DNA of 41,933 nt from Chiloscyllium plagiosum. Its lineage: Eukaryota. The translations under genes were made by a program, and so were the position numbers. Within the stretch, counting starts at the first letter, position 1. Every line of letters starts with the position of its first letter. The notes below the pieces were generated by a model. The model had not been told where the DNA came from. It did not search any database and saw only the letters and a program-made list of their open reading frames with translations. The stretch is from positions 40,154,872-40,196,804 of the forward strand of contig NC_057719.1 of NCBI RefSeq assembly GCF_004010195.1, written 5' to 3'. Below are positions 1 through 11,399 of this stretch, piece after piece.

Positions 1-906
1 CCATGTTCTTATGGAGTCATAGATGTACAGCATGGAAACAGACCCTTTGGTCAAACCCGTCCATGCTGACCAGATATCCCAATCCAATACAGTCCCACCT
101 GCCAGCACCTGGCTCATATCCCTCCAAACCCTTCCTATTCATATACCCATCCAAATGCCTCTTAAATGTTTCAATTGTACCAATCTCCACCACTTCCTCT
201 GACAGCTCAATCCGTACATGTACCACCCTCTGCCTGAAAAATTAGCCCCTTAGGTCTTTTTTACATCTTTCCGCTCTCATCCTAAACCTATGCCCTCTAG
301 TTCTGGACTCCCCGACCCCAGGGAAAAGACTTTGCCTATTTATCCTATCCATGCCACTCAATTTTATAAACTTCTATAAGGTCACCCCTCAAGTCTCCGA
401 CGCTCCAGGGAAAACAGCCCCAGCCTGTTCAGCCTCACTCTAAAGCTCAAATCCTCCAACCTCGGCAACATCCTTGTAAATCTTTTCTGAACCCATTCAT
501 GTTTCATAACATCTTTCTGATAGGAAGGAGACCAGAACTGCACGCAATATTCCAAGTGGCCTAACCAATGTCCTGTACAGCCATAACATGACCTCCCAAC
601 TCCTGTACTCAATATTCTGAGCAATAAAGGAAAGCATACCAAATGCCTTCTTCACTATCCTATCTACCTGCGACTCCACTTTCAAGGAGCTATGAACCTG
701 CACTCCAAGGTCTTTTTGTTCAGCAACACTCCCAAGGACCTTACCATTAAGTGTATAAGTCCTGATAAGATTTGCTTTCCCAAAATGCAGCACCTCACAT
801 TTATCTGAATTAAAGCCCATCTGCAGCTTCTCCATCTGGTCAAGATCCTGTTGTAATCTGGAGGTAACCCACTTCGCTGTCCACTCCACCTTCAATTTTG
901 GTGTTA
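1..906 (-). mobile_element. CR1/HER1-type LINE, 5'-truncated 3' portion (end of RT ORF2 plus 3' UTR), inside an ATP5MJ intron
   Basis: Minus-strand ORFs carry CR1 ORF2 C-terminal motifs (FNSDKCEVLHFG, KDLGVQVHSSLK, LYRTLVRP, LEYCVQFWSP, LNRLGLFSLERRRL). The 3' tail closely matches the copy ending at ~19117. Confidence 0.93.
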
Positions 907-1197
907 TTCAAACATAATTGTGAAATCTTTTACTTTTACCCCAAAAGAAAAAAGTCATGATCAATTTCATAAAACACCCCCTTCATCCCTCACTCAAATG
1001 TCAGTCGACATTTTGTGATGTTACAAATTAAAGGCAATAGTGCTCTTACTGAGCCAAGGCAAGTTTCTGGTGTCAGTTACTGGTGTTGTGCAAAACCATT
1101 ATGTGTAAAAGATGTTTAAAATGTAAAAATAGACAGCCCTCTTGTAAGATGTGTGTTCAGCTCAAAAGAGACAAAGTTTGAAATGAATTATACTTAC

Positions 1198-1218
1198 TAT
1201 CTTTTACTGCCTTTTTAC
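1198..1218 (-). CDS. ATP5MJ: ATP synthase subunit 6.8PL, 21-nt coding micro-exon (G-K-K-A-V-K-D plus first base of next codon)
   Basis: Minus strand reads tgtttctgttcttgcag|GTAAAAAGGCAGTAAAAGATA|gtaagt. Acceptor and donor are canonical, phase 1 matches the previous exon, and the joined peptide ISYGGKKAVKD resembles fish 6.8PL as recalled. Confidence 0.88.
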
Positions 1219-1461
1219 CTGCAAGAACAGAAACATAGTATTATATAGAAGTGAAGAAACTGACTATATTGTTCCAAATTGTCCACAAGGTATAATTCGT
1301 GGTATATTTGCAAGAATCGGTTAAAATAAAACAAGGAAACAATTGGAGAGAGAGAGAAAAAATGTCCCCACAGTTAATAGATTCACTATTCTTCTCCCCC
1401 ATAAGGCCAAATCTAACACGCTTAAATAAAATGTGTTAACACGGTGCTCAAAGACACTCAC

Positions 1462-1582
1462 CTCCGTAGGATATCTTATAGTACAAGACTGCTGTGACAG
1501 CTAGACTGGGCCATAATTCCCGATAAGCAATGGCATAGGGTTTCATTAATGCCCACCATTCTGCTATAGCGCGACCAGCCAT
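1462..1582 (-). CDS. ATP5MJ: ATP synthase subunit 6.8PL (MP68/C14orf2), first coding exon MAGRAIAEWWALMKPYAIAYRELWPSLAVTAVLYYKISYG
   Basis: Minus strand reads cctttcctttaatccttag|ACG ATG GCT GGT ... TAC GGA G|gtgagt (exon 1462-1585, ATG at 1582). The W..MKPY...Y.E.W motif, a single TM helix and YKI match the 6.8PL family (human IWIPMKPYYTKVYQEIW...VYKI). Confidence 0.92.
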
Positions 1583-1943
1583 CGTCTAAGGATTAAAGGA
1601 AAGGTAATACTGAAGAACGGTAATAAAAACTAAATATTCTCCTATCACAGCGAATCACAATCAAAATGTATCATTAATTTAGATCTGTTTATTGTAGATC
1701 TAAATCTCATCACATACAGAGTCCTCGCCAGTTGTCAATGAACTGCAGCCTCAGCCCATGGGAAGTTCAGGCAGTTTCTTAGGCCTGAACACCACCGTGA
1801 CCGGTCAAAACTGACCGACAAAACTTACTCATAGGAGGAAGAAAACAGATCATTCGCAATCCGACTATCTTAATAAATATTACACAAAACCCGCAGTACA
1901 CCGCACACATTAATGCAAACACTAACAGCAAAACCAAACTCAC

Positions 1944-2140
1944 TCCGCTGTTCCAATTCAAGGAAGGTCACAGCCCCTCACACTGCTCTTAATGGACGGT
2001 CCAATAGTCGCCGATTGTCTAATGGCAGCAAGAGGAAACCAACTGCAGACTGGCACCGCGGATAGCCCCAACTAGTGGAAGGACCCATAACTGCAGCCAT
2101 TTTTCTTCAAGTTCGTGGTCTTTGAGTAACACGAGCAGGG
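1944..2140 (-). promoter_or_regulatory. ATP5MJ: Probable ATP5MJ non-coding first exon and proximal promoter
   Basis: Donor GGA|GTGAGT at 1938-1943 (minus). CpG is visibly more frequent than in flanks. CCAAT at 2001-2005, YY1-like AAAATGGCTGC (minus, ~2093-2103), AAGGTCA at 1964-1970. The TSS cannot be placed from sequence. Confidence 0.6.
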
Positions 2141-2480
2141 GTTTGTGGTCTGTTCCTATCACAAATTTACATTCATAAAGGTACTAATAGATCTTTCTCA
2201 CACCCAAAGATGACTGTCAAACCTTCCTTCTCTATTTGTATTTGTGCTCTGCATCACCCAAAGTCCAGGAAGCATATGCTATCAGGCATTTCTTGCTGTT
2301 CGGCCATTTGTGAGCCAACACCACCCTGATACCATAGAGGGAGGCATCACATGTCAGCACCAGATCTCACTCGGGATCATATTGTGCCAACATCTTAGAA
2401 GATGATAACTGGCTTCTTCACTTCCCTAAAGGCTACATCTTGGCTATGAGACCATTTCCAAGGCTGATCCTTTTTAAATA

Positions 2481-2776
2481 TTAGATTAGATTAGATTCCC
2501 TACAGTGTGGAAACAGGCTCTTTGACACAACCAGTCCACACCAACCCTCCGAAGAGTAACCCACCCAGACCCATTTCCCTCTGACTGATGCACCTAACAC
2601 TATGGGCAATTTAGCATGGCCAATTCTCCTGGCCCACACATCTTTGGACTGTGGGAGGAAACCCACACAGACACGGGGAGAATGCGCAAACTCCACACAG
2701 ATGCCCAGGGCTGGAATTGAACCTGGTACCCTGGTGCTGTGAGGCAGCAGTGCTAACCACTGAGCCACCGTGCCGC
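2481..2776 (-). mobile_element. HE1-type tRNA-derived SINE with (TCTAA)n tail
   Basis: Minus strand head GCGGCACGGTGGCTCAGTGGTTAGCACTGCTGCCTCACAG with B-box-like GGTTCAATTCC. Tail appears as TTAGA repeats at 2481-2496. Similar to the copy at 35377-35676. Confidence 0.92.
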
Positions 2777-2779
2777 TCT

Positions 2780-4866
2780 AGCAGATGTAAGGGTGTCTGG
2801 ATGGAGGCCAGGTTACTTATGAACCTTCCGTAATAATTAACTAATCCAAGGAAAGACCTAGGCTCCAGTACAGATGTAGGAACTGGGCAGCATTGATCAC
2901 CCTTGCTTTATCTACCAAAAGGTGTAACCCGGTCTTGTCGACTCTTTAGCCCAAGTAGGTCACTTTGCATGCCTGGAACACATTTTTTCCCTTCAGAGGC
3001 ATATGCCTGCCTTGGAGAGATGCCTAAGGACTATAACCACATACTCAAAGTGCTCCTTATTAGTCTTTCCAGTTATAAGCACATCAAACAGATCAATGGC
3101 AACCTGGGGTAGACCTTGCAATATGTTCTCCATCGTCCACTGAAAAATGGCAATTGGCAGTCTGATATGTTGGTAGCATAGTGCTGGGAATGCACATCTA
3201 ACCGCAGTTGCGGGTAAGCGTGGCTCATTTCCAGTTTCATGAAAGACACCCCTCCCCCCGCCAGCTTTGTGTAAAAGTCTTCTATGCAAGTGATTTGGTA
3301 TTTATCCAGATGCAAGAAAGTTTACTGTTTCTTTAAAATCCCTACAAAGCTGAACCAAGTCATCAGATTTCACAATTGGTACAACTGATATTGCCCATTC
3401 CACAAACTGGGATGGTTTGATGATTCCTTTGCTTTCCAGCCTCCTGATTTTTGCCCGAAAGGCAAATAGCACTGGATGGGCATTGCAGAATCATGATATT
3501 GCTTCCTGGTTAACATGCAAGGTGGTCTTGGCTCCTTTGATAGTCCCTGAAAAACTTTTGGGTATTTAGTTAGGACTTCACTCAGGCAGTCATTTTCTAA
3601 TCAAAAAAAAGTTAAACCAATCAAGATGAATCTTTTTCAACAAATTTCAATCCATCGAGCTTGGGCATGAGTCTTTGACTTCAATCAGTGGTAACTGAAC
3701 CAACTGCTTCTCATACAGGACCAGAACGGAAGTTGTACCTTTAATCTGGAAAGGTTCCTGGTATAGGTTCTCAGGTTAGCTGAGGTCTTGTACAAAACTT
3801 AAGACTTAGAGTTCAGAGCAAATTTTGTTAATTTTTTGTTCTGCGATCATTGAAATGGCCACGCTAGTATCAACCTCCATTCGAACTGGGTGACCATTTA
3901 ATGAGATGTTTACTTTGACTGGTTCTGATGTGGATGTTACTAAGCAATTTAACTGTTCCAAGCCAGATGTAGGTGGGCTTTCCAGGGTGCGAACTCACCT
4001 AGATACCAGTCTAAAAGTTCTTTTACTTGATTTAGTCTAGTGGGACTCTTTTGCTGCCTAGAGTCAGCATACTGGCAACAACTACAATGGCTTGCTAGCC
4101 TGAATCCTGAAGAAAATGTTAATTGTTTGGCTGAGGCTTGGCTTTGTTTTGGGGTTTCGGTGTGGGCTGACCTAGAGTCCCTCTCATTAGGATATGTCTT
4201 GAGTGAGGCTATGCAATTGCCTTCATTTAAGTGGTGTTCCCCAAGGTCAATTGAGGATGTCCACTTCCAATGGCATACCCTGTAACTCATATGCTCCACT
4301 TGCCACATTTTCTAACAACAAAACTAGCTGTAATGCTTGTTTGAAGAACAGTTGGGCTTCAGTTAGTCAGTGCTTTTGCATGGTTATATCATTAATCCCA
4401 CATACCAAACGGTCTCTTAGCATCTCACTCAGGGTTAAATCAAAGTCACATGCCTCTGCCAGTCATCCTAACCTCATGAAAGATCCCAATACAGATTCCC
4501 CTGGTTTTTGAACTGCCAAGTAAAACTAATAATGTCTCACAATTAGAGGGGCTGTTATATTCCTCAAACAAATTTGTTAACTCTCAAAAGATTTCTGTGT
4601 CTGGTGCCTCAGGAAATGTTAGGCTCCTAATAACTGAAAAAGCTGCAGGTCCACAAGCTGTCTGGAGAATTACTTTCACTGCCCCAATGTCATTTGCCTG
4701 AAAAAAAAATGCATTCTTTCCACATACTGGGTGCAATCCTTGATGGCAAGATTGAATGAGTCAAGCTTCCTAAATATTGGCATCATGCCAGAAATGCTTC
4801 CCCCAACTCTGTGACAACTGTCGCAAGCGAATTTTTTCAGGAGCATATTTTTTTCTCTTGTCGCCA
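2780..4866 (-). mobile_element. Decayed Gypsy (K02A2.6-like) LTR retrotransposon internal region (gag-pro-RT)
   Basis: Gag-like start KLDSFNLAIKDCTQYVERMHFFF and RT-like YQITCIEDFYTKLAGGGVSFMKLEMSHAYPQLRLD, with many stops and frameshifts. PBS-like TGGCGACAAGAG at 4855-4866 abuts the LTR. Confidence 0.85.
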
Positions 4867-4867
4867 C

Positions 4868-5098
4868 TGAAATAAAACCACAGAGGCCAGTATCCTATCA
4901 CCAAGTCACCCTTTACACATGCATAATTTAACACTGGTATGGCTTCCTCAGAGCCAGCTCTCAGATTGAACAGAACTTCTGACACTTCTGTTCATATCTG
5001 TTTGCTAGGGCTCCCTAATTGGACCAGGTTAACAGCCCCAATTAGGGAACTCATATTCTATGAGGTTCACTTGGCTAACCTTGTTACAATCACTCCAC
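4868..5098 (-). repeat. 5' LTR of the Gypsy element
   Basis: Ends in CA immediately before the TGGCGAC PBS and aligns along its length with 6616-6834. Confidence 0.85.
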
Positions 5099-5119
5099 AG
5101 CAAAGTCAATAACTTCATA

Positions 5120-5450
5120 CTTATTTACATCTACCATATTCTAGCCCGTGCACTTCACCTATCCAAGTCCTTTTGAAGTGTCCTTGCATTCTCCTCACAA
5201 TTTACTTTTCCGCCCAGTTTTGTGACATCAGCAAATTTGGAAATATTACAATTGTTCCCCACATCCAAATCATTTATATGGACTGTTAGCTATCATAGAC
5301 CAGGCATTGTAGTCCCACACTAGTAACATGACCATGGTCCATTTATTTTAGCTGTTAGCTTTCAATTAGCCAAATCTCAATCTATACCAGTAAATTGACC
5401 CTAATCCCATGTATTTTAATTTTATTTATTAACTTCCTATGCAATACTCC
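5120..5450 (-). mobile_element. Old CR1-like LINE RT fragment
   Basis: gtgacatcagcaaatttggaaat reads ISKFADVT on the minus strand, a decayed FADDT motif. Confidence 0.5.
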
Positions 5451-6615
5451 CTCTAATTTACTTTCTTGGCATAGGCCTCGGAGATGTGTGTGCACGATTG
5501 ACTTTTCTGCTTCAGGAAGAAGACTGGGGGATCATATTTGTAGGAAGTAGGGCCTGCAGGTTGGGAAACATGGAGAAAACATTTGGAAAGCTGGGGTGGG
5601 GTGGGGTGGGTGGATTTGTTATGTAAGAGAGGGATATGATGATGCATGGCTGGGAGCAGGGTCAACTGGGAAGGAGGTGGTTCATCCACAGTTAGCAGTA
5701 CCCTGGCTTCAAGAAAGATCAATGTATGAACACACCTGGTGTGGTCATCACATTAGGTAGAGTCTGGAGTTGACTGTGGAGCTTGGCTTATGCAAAGCCT
5801 ATGGAGATAACAGAAAAGGTCTACCAAGAAAGGAATTCAGATGTTTGGGAGTTCACTGACACGTAAAAATGGAGCCTGGAAATTACTGTCCAAGGAGCAC
5901 ACGCTATCATTTTCCATCGTCTTGGAATTTGAAATGTGCAATAGGAAAGAAAATGGTCGTAGCCATACCCTGAGTGTGGCTCAACCTGTGAGGGAGGGGG
6001 CTGTAAAACCATTGATGTAAGACCCTTCAAAGGACAACAATATTATGCACAGACCCTTACATTGCAGACAAAACATAGCCGTGAACTTCCAATCCCTGGC
6101 AATCCTAATGCACCAGTACACTTCCCTGCCCCAAACATTGCTGACCATTTCATGCAAGACCAGTACCTTTGGCCAGTAAGGCCAGTGAAACAATAGCAAT
6201 CTCTCTTCTTCTGGAGAAAGGGTGGCTAACTAACCGAATTATTTTTAAGTGTAATGTTCATCTTGGCTAAAAATGGAACAGCAGGCTCTGCTCCATTCTG
6301 CATTATGTATAGAGCAGGATGTCTGATCTCATATCATAACAGTTAAAGCAGGGACTAGATAGACACTCAAGTAAAGAAATTTATTGACAAAGTCAGCATT
6401 TATTAACAAGCATAAGAATTTGTACAGGATGAGGTATGACCCATGCTACCAATGTGCCTCAAGAAATTTTCTTTTTCCTTTACTTCTGTCTGAGTGCAGG
6501 TTGAGGTTTCAAAGCTGAAGTGAATGGACCCTGCCATAAACTGGAGTCAGTTGGTCTTGGAGCTTTTAATGGGTGACCCTCGTATTGTTTTTGTCCAGAC
6601 ATGCTGAGTGTATCC

Positions 6616-6834
6616 TGTAATAACTCCACAGAGGCCGGTATCCCGTCACCAAGTCACCCTCTATTTACATGTGGAGAGTCCTTGACACTGATTCAGCTTT
6701 GTCAGAGCCAGCTCTGAGCAGAACAGAACCACTGACTAACCTGTTTATCTGTCAGCCAGAGCTCCCTGATTGGGCCAGATTAACAGCCCCAATCAGGGAA
6801 CTCGTATTCTTTGAGGTCTGTTACAATTATTGCA
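6616..6834 (-). repeat. Solo Gypsy LTR with near-perfect 5-bp TSD
   Basis: TG...CA termini, homologous to 4868-5098, flanked by TATCC (6611-6615) and TGTCC (6835-6839). Confidence 0.85.
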
Positions 6835-7466
6835 TGTCCTTCCCAGAGGACAATGCACCCCCCCAGCCTAAACTCTGCTAAAGATGTAACGGGGGACAGG
6901 CAGGGTGGAAGGGGCATGCCCAGCCATCTCTGCAGTGTCCTAAGAGGAGACTTCTGAGGGACCTGTGTATGGTTCCTCCTCTGGATGGGTACCTACTGGT
7001 ACCAACCTGTCATCTTGTGAGGATGAGTCACCTGGCATGAGGTTAAGGTTTCCTGTGCCCCTGTCATCTTATCATGATATCTCATGGAGAGAAACCATCC
7101 CTGAAATTCCATGAAATCAACACAGCGAAATATCGTAAGAAATATCAGCCCAAGGAAACAGAACGTTTTCCAGGTATTAATGATGTAATGCTTTTCAAAA
7201 TTGTACTCTGAAGCAATCAACTAGAATTAATGGCAAAGAAAATTGCAAAGCAAAAATACGTTCAGCTCCAGAAAATATTTGCACCTGATTTGCTTCTCTT
7301 CTTCATTTTTCAATGGTGTCTGACTGATGGGGTGAACAGACTGTTTGTCTTTGTTCATTTTTTTATCCTGGCACTGTTAACTGGCTACTGTGAACCATCT
7401 TAGAATGCACAATTCCTGTGATTCCCCCATCTCATGAAAAAGTATATCCCTTGCTCAGTATCAATC

Positions 7467-8480
7467 TGTAAACCTGAACTTTGAAAAATTTTGAAGGAGT
7501 ACTTAGCAACAATCATTGCTGCAATTAGTACAAAGCAAACTTTACTGTACATGAAACACTTAATACAAGCACTATTTGCTTCTAATATAGCTCCGAACTA
7601 CATAAATTATGCCTTCAAGTTGTCTTCTTACTTTCCTCAAGAATTTTCTTCCAAGCCACAACTTTAAAATTATTTACCTCCAGAGGGACTACCCATATGC
7701 ATGCCATAGTTTTCTGGAGAATTCTCCCCAGTTACTGCCGTTTTGCTGTCTCTTGACTGTGGACATCTCAATCCCTTTATCTTGTTACATTTTCAATAAT
7801 ACAAGTTAATCTGCTTGTTACTTGCTCTACCACAAGGTTCTGTAGGACCCAGTGTAGATTCCCTCCCCTATCCATTTTCAAACAAAGCATTTTCAGGACA
7901 AAAAAACACTGAAGCAGACACAAGTTCAAATCCCCAGTACCTGTAAATGCTTCCTTCTGTTTGAATTAAAACACACCTGCACATTCACAAATTGCCACAA
8001 GAGGGTTCTATCACATTTCTCCCTCCTTAATGAAAAGTTACATAATGTTCAAAATTCAATATGATTTATCTATGCTTCTTGCTTTTAATTTATTTACAAA
8101 CTTAACTACCACTTATTTCTCTTAATGATCCAAACCTGCAGAACTTGGGGAAGGACTTTTAATTGACTTTGCCTGAACCTGAAAAGAAGTTTTTTCCAAT
8201 CACGGACTGATTTTGATCTTGAGGTCTGATTGAATTTTTCATTTCATCAGACATTTTGTATGAGTTTGACTTGGATCTGAACTTGTTTCAGGCAAAACTT
8301 GTCTTTATTCTCTGCTCATATCCCAACTGCCCAATTCTTCAGACGTTTTTGATTCTCCTCAACTTCCAGTTTCTTTGTGAACCTTTGGAGGTAAAAGTGA
8401 TCTATATCTGCAAAGCTAACCTTTCCACTACCAAATATATTGACATAATTAATGTTAAGGACTATATATTTTCATGATTA
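7467..8480 (-). mobile_element. Possible 3' end of another LTR element (PPT plus 3' LTR at ~7467-8015)
   Basis: Minus-strand polypurine tract AAGGAGGGAGAAA (8016-8028) is directly followed by TGTGA. The LTR end is tentative. Confidence 0.35.
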
Positions 8481-8559
8481 TTCCTCATAGTCACTTTACC
8501 ACTTATGGTGATGTTTTTCTATCTTAACCTTCTGATTCAGATTTTTTTTCACTTTTTCT

Positions 8560-9340
8560 ACCCTATCTTGATCCTTTCTGTCACGATTGCTTTTCTTTTT
8601 CTTCTTCTGACTGTGATCCATGTGGCATCAGCAATGAAAACCTCATTATGGTTTGGTATCTCAGAAACAATTCAGCTTGCATTTTGTTGGTCATGTTATA
8701 ATAAATATGTGTGCTCTGATTTTTAAGCAAAAAAAAAATTTTATGATTCAATTACATCTTCTAATTGGTATCCAGCACTTGATTAATAGTTTGTACTGTA
8801 TGCTATGCTGCTTCACTTGCAGCAGGATGGTGTGGTGAAACCATAGTGTGTTTTACCTCATTTTATTCTCATGACATTCGAAAACTTTTCTGAACAAAAC
8901 AGAAATCCATATTGGACACAATTTTCTCTGGTTATCTATAAGCAACAAACAGACTAGGCAAAGTATTTAAGATTTCACTTGTTGTGGTTCAATTACTCAG
9001 AAAGATCCCAATCCCCTTCAAATGGCTATCTGTCATAATGAATAGTTGTTGCCTATCTAGTCCTGAAAAATCTATTTTCAGTCTTTGCCTCAGTCTTTGC
9101 CACAGTCTAGCTAGCCATATCCATGGTTGCAAATGTACCAGGAACAGTTTCTTTTCTACATTTTGACCTGCTTTCACCCTGTCTTCTATGTCCTTATTTA
9201 ACCCTGGTCACCAAAGATAACTTCACACTAAACCATTTGAGAAGCTAATTCCAAATTGTTGATTCTGAAGATCTCACTACAACTGCAATCTGTACGTTTT
9301 AGGAGTTACAGCTTTGGTTCCCCAGATAACACAATCTTTA
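8560..9340 (-). mobile_element. Decayed Gypsy (K02A2.6-like) integrase fragment
   Basis: LQPWIWLARLWQR..KIDFSG....LFIMTDSHLK resembles the PWEWPxxPWQRxHIDFAGP...FLIVVDAHSK integrase motif. An AELFL-like motif follows at ~8650-8680. Confidence 0.75.
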
Positions 9341-9371
9341 TCTGGCAACTGTACTGACAACATATTCTTGT

Positions 9372-9945
9372 AGTCGAAAAGTGCGGCGCCTCATCAGGAA
9401 TGTTGGGGGGGTGGGGAAAGGGAGCTGAGAGATAAATAAGAGAGTGGATTTGGAACTGGGGGGAAGGTAGCTGGGAACGTGATAGGTGGATGCAGGTGGG
9501 AGGGTGGAGTGAAGAGGTGGGAAGGAAGATGGACAGGTAGGACAGGTCAAGAGGGTGGTGCCGAGTTGGAAGGTTGGCAGGTAGGATCTGGGATAAGGTG
9601 GGGGGGGAGGAGAGATTTGGAAACTAGTGATGTTGATGCCATGTGGTTGAAGGGTCCCAAGGCAGAAGATTTTCTTTCTCACTTTTCTGCTCCATCCTCC
9701 ACAACGACCTATCACAATCACCTCCCATCTGTATCGCCTTCCTAGCTACCTTTCCCTAGCCCCAACCCACCCTCCTATTTATCTCTCAGACACCCTCCCC
9801 ACTCCACATTCCAGATGGAGGACTTATGCCCAAAATGTCAACTCTCTTGCTCCTCGCATGCTGCCTAACTTGCTGTGCTTTTCCAGCGCCACACTTTTCG
9901 ACTGACTCTCCAGCATGTGCAATCCTCACTTTCTCCTCCTCCCAA
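9372..9945. mobile_element. Penelope-derived 3'/pLTR fragment in inverted arrangement
   Basis: AGTCGAAAAGTGCGGCGC (9372) pairs with GCGCCACACTTTTCGACT (~9886-9903). Contains the Penelope C-terminus IFCLGTLQPHGINI and a degenerate hammerhead-like core near 9810-9840. Confidence 0.8.
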
Positions 9946-9949
9946 CCTA

Positions 9950-11200
9950 TTCTTAGATATAAACAGTGGCATTGTGGCCTGATTTCTAAATCCTCTGTAT
10001 GTGATGGGGTCAAGCAAGGATATGTTGTTGCCCCCAGCCTCTTTCCCTATCTTCTTTACCACCATTCTTTATGGTGATGAGAAAAAGCTTCCCAGTGATG
10101 TGGACATTATCCATAGGATGGACAGAAAACTTTTCAACCTCAACTGGTTGAAATCCAAGAACAAAATAATCACAATGTCATTTGCAGAACTTCAGGATGC
10201 AAATGACAATGTAGTTTCTGCTCTCTCAATAGAGAATCTTCAAGCCTTGCTTAATGCCTTTGTGAACCATACAGAAAAATTAGTCTCAGCCTGAACCTTA
10301 GTGGACTCAAATCCTTTACCAACTCATCCCAGGCCAAGTTCTGACACATCTGTCCTTTAGAGATCAATGCAGAAATCATCCCAAATGTGGAACGTTTCCC
10401 TTACCTGGGAGCTAACTTTCATCTGAGGTTGACATCAATGCAGAGATTTAAAGTTCTGTCTAATCTATGAGCGCAGCCTTTGGACACCTAAGGATTAGGG
10501 TCTTTGCTGACCATGACATCTGTGCTGATAGCAAGATCCTTATGTAAAAGGCAGTTATCTTCCAATTCTTCTATATGGCTCCAAAACTTGGATCAGGTAT
10601 AGATGTCAAGTCAAGACCCTTGAGAAGTATCAACCTTATTTGAAATAGACTCACTACATCAGCTAAGAGGACAGGTGTACTAACAGTAACATCCTTGAAG
10701 CAGCCAATAGCACTCACATAGAGGTCATGATCATTCAGAACCAACTCCACTGGGCACCACATGCTTAGAATGACTAAGTACTTGCTTCCAAAGCAAATTG
10801 TCTTTGTCCAGCTCAAGGAAGGCACTTGAATGAGCAGAGAACAAAGGAAGTATTTTGAAGACTCCCTGCAGGCATCCCTCAAGAAATCAACTTAGATGTC
10901 AATGCATGGGAGACCCTCATTTAGAACAAACCAACTTGGGGGAAACTCCTGTATGAAGGGACACAGTTCTTTGACTATATGCATCAACAAGAGGTAAGGG
11001 ACTGGAGAAAGGAATGCCAGTGATCTCATGACTAAGGACCACTCCCACCTCATGGAAAAACCTGAAAACTGTGTGGTCAGAGATGCAGCTCTAGGATCGA
11101 GTTCATCAGCCAGCCAAGGACCCACAGAACCAATGACCAGTAATGCAGAATTTCGTGGGTGGACAATCATACTCATTAGTCATTGATTGTCAATGATGAT
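9950..11200 (+). mobile_element. RTE-clade LINE, 3' half (RT and C-terminus), decayed
   Basis: GVKQGYVVAPSLF, HRMDRKLFNLNWLKSK, FPYLGS-like and LPKQIVFVQLKEG motifs typical of RTE ORF2. Ends in short ATG repeats at ~11190-11200. Confidence 0.85.
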
Positions 11201-11399
11201 GCATATGGTAGAATAAAACCTTTGCCTTATTTGGACTTCCAATTGTATTCATATTGTGTGTCATTTGAAACACTACAATACTATTAACCTCACCACTCCT
11301 CGCACCCAATTGCCCTCTCCCCCCACTTAATTAGCATCCTACCCTTTTACTCACCTGGTACACTGCCCCTTTCCTTGCTCACTTAATATTCCATACCTT

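Noticed and set aside
1157..1197. Read-through of the micro-exon to a TGA (SKYNSFQTLSLLS*) as the ATP5MJ C-terminus
   Set aside because: A perfect GTAAGT donor is present and the tail does not resemble known 6.8PL ends. A further exon outside the window is more likely.
1600..1790. Intronic snoRNA (C-box-like GTGATGA at 1707-1713 on minus, plus hairpins)
   Set aside because: No downstream CTGA D box before the acceptor and no convincing H/ACA layout.
1779..1961. 60-aa hydrophobic ORF from the track
   Set aside because: Non-ATG start, crosses two splice donors in the ATP5MJ 5' region, and has no recognisable homology.
5800..6250. Possible second Harbinger transposase fragment
   Set aside because: Similarity too weak to support by eye.
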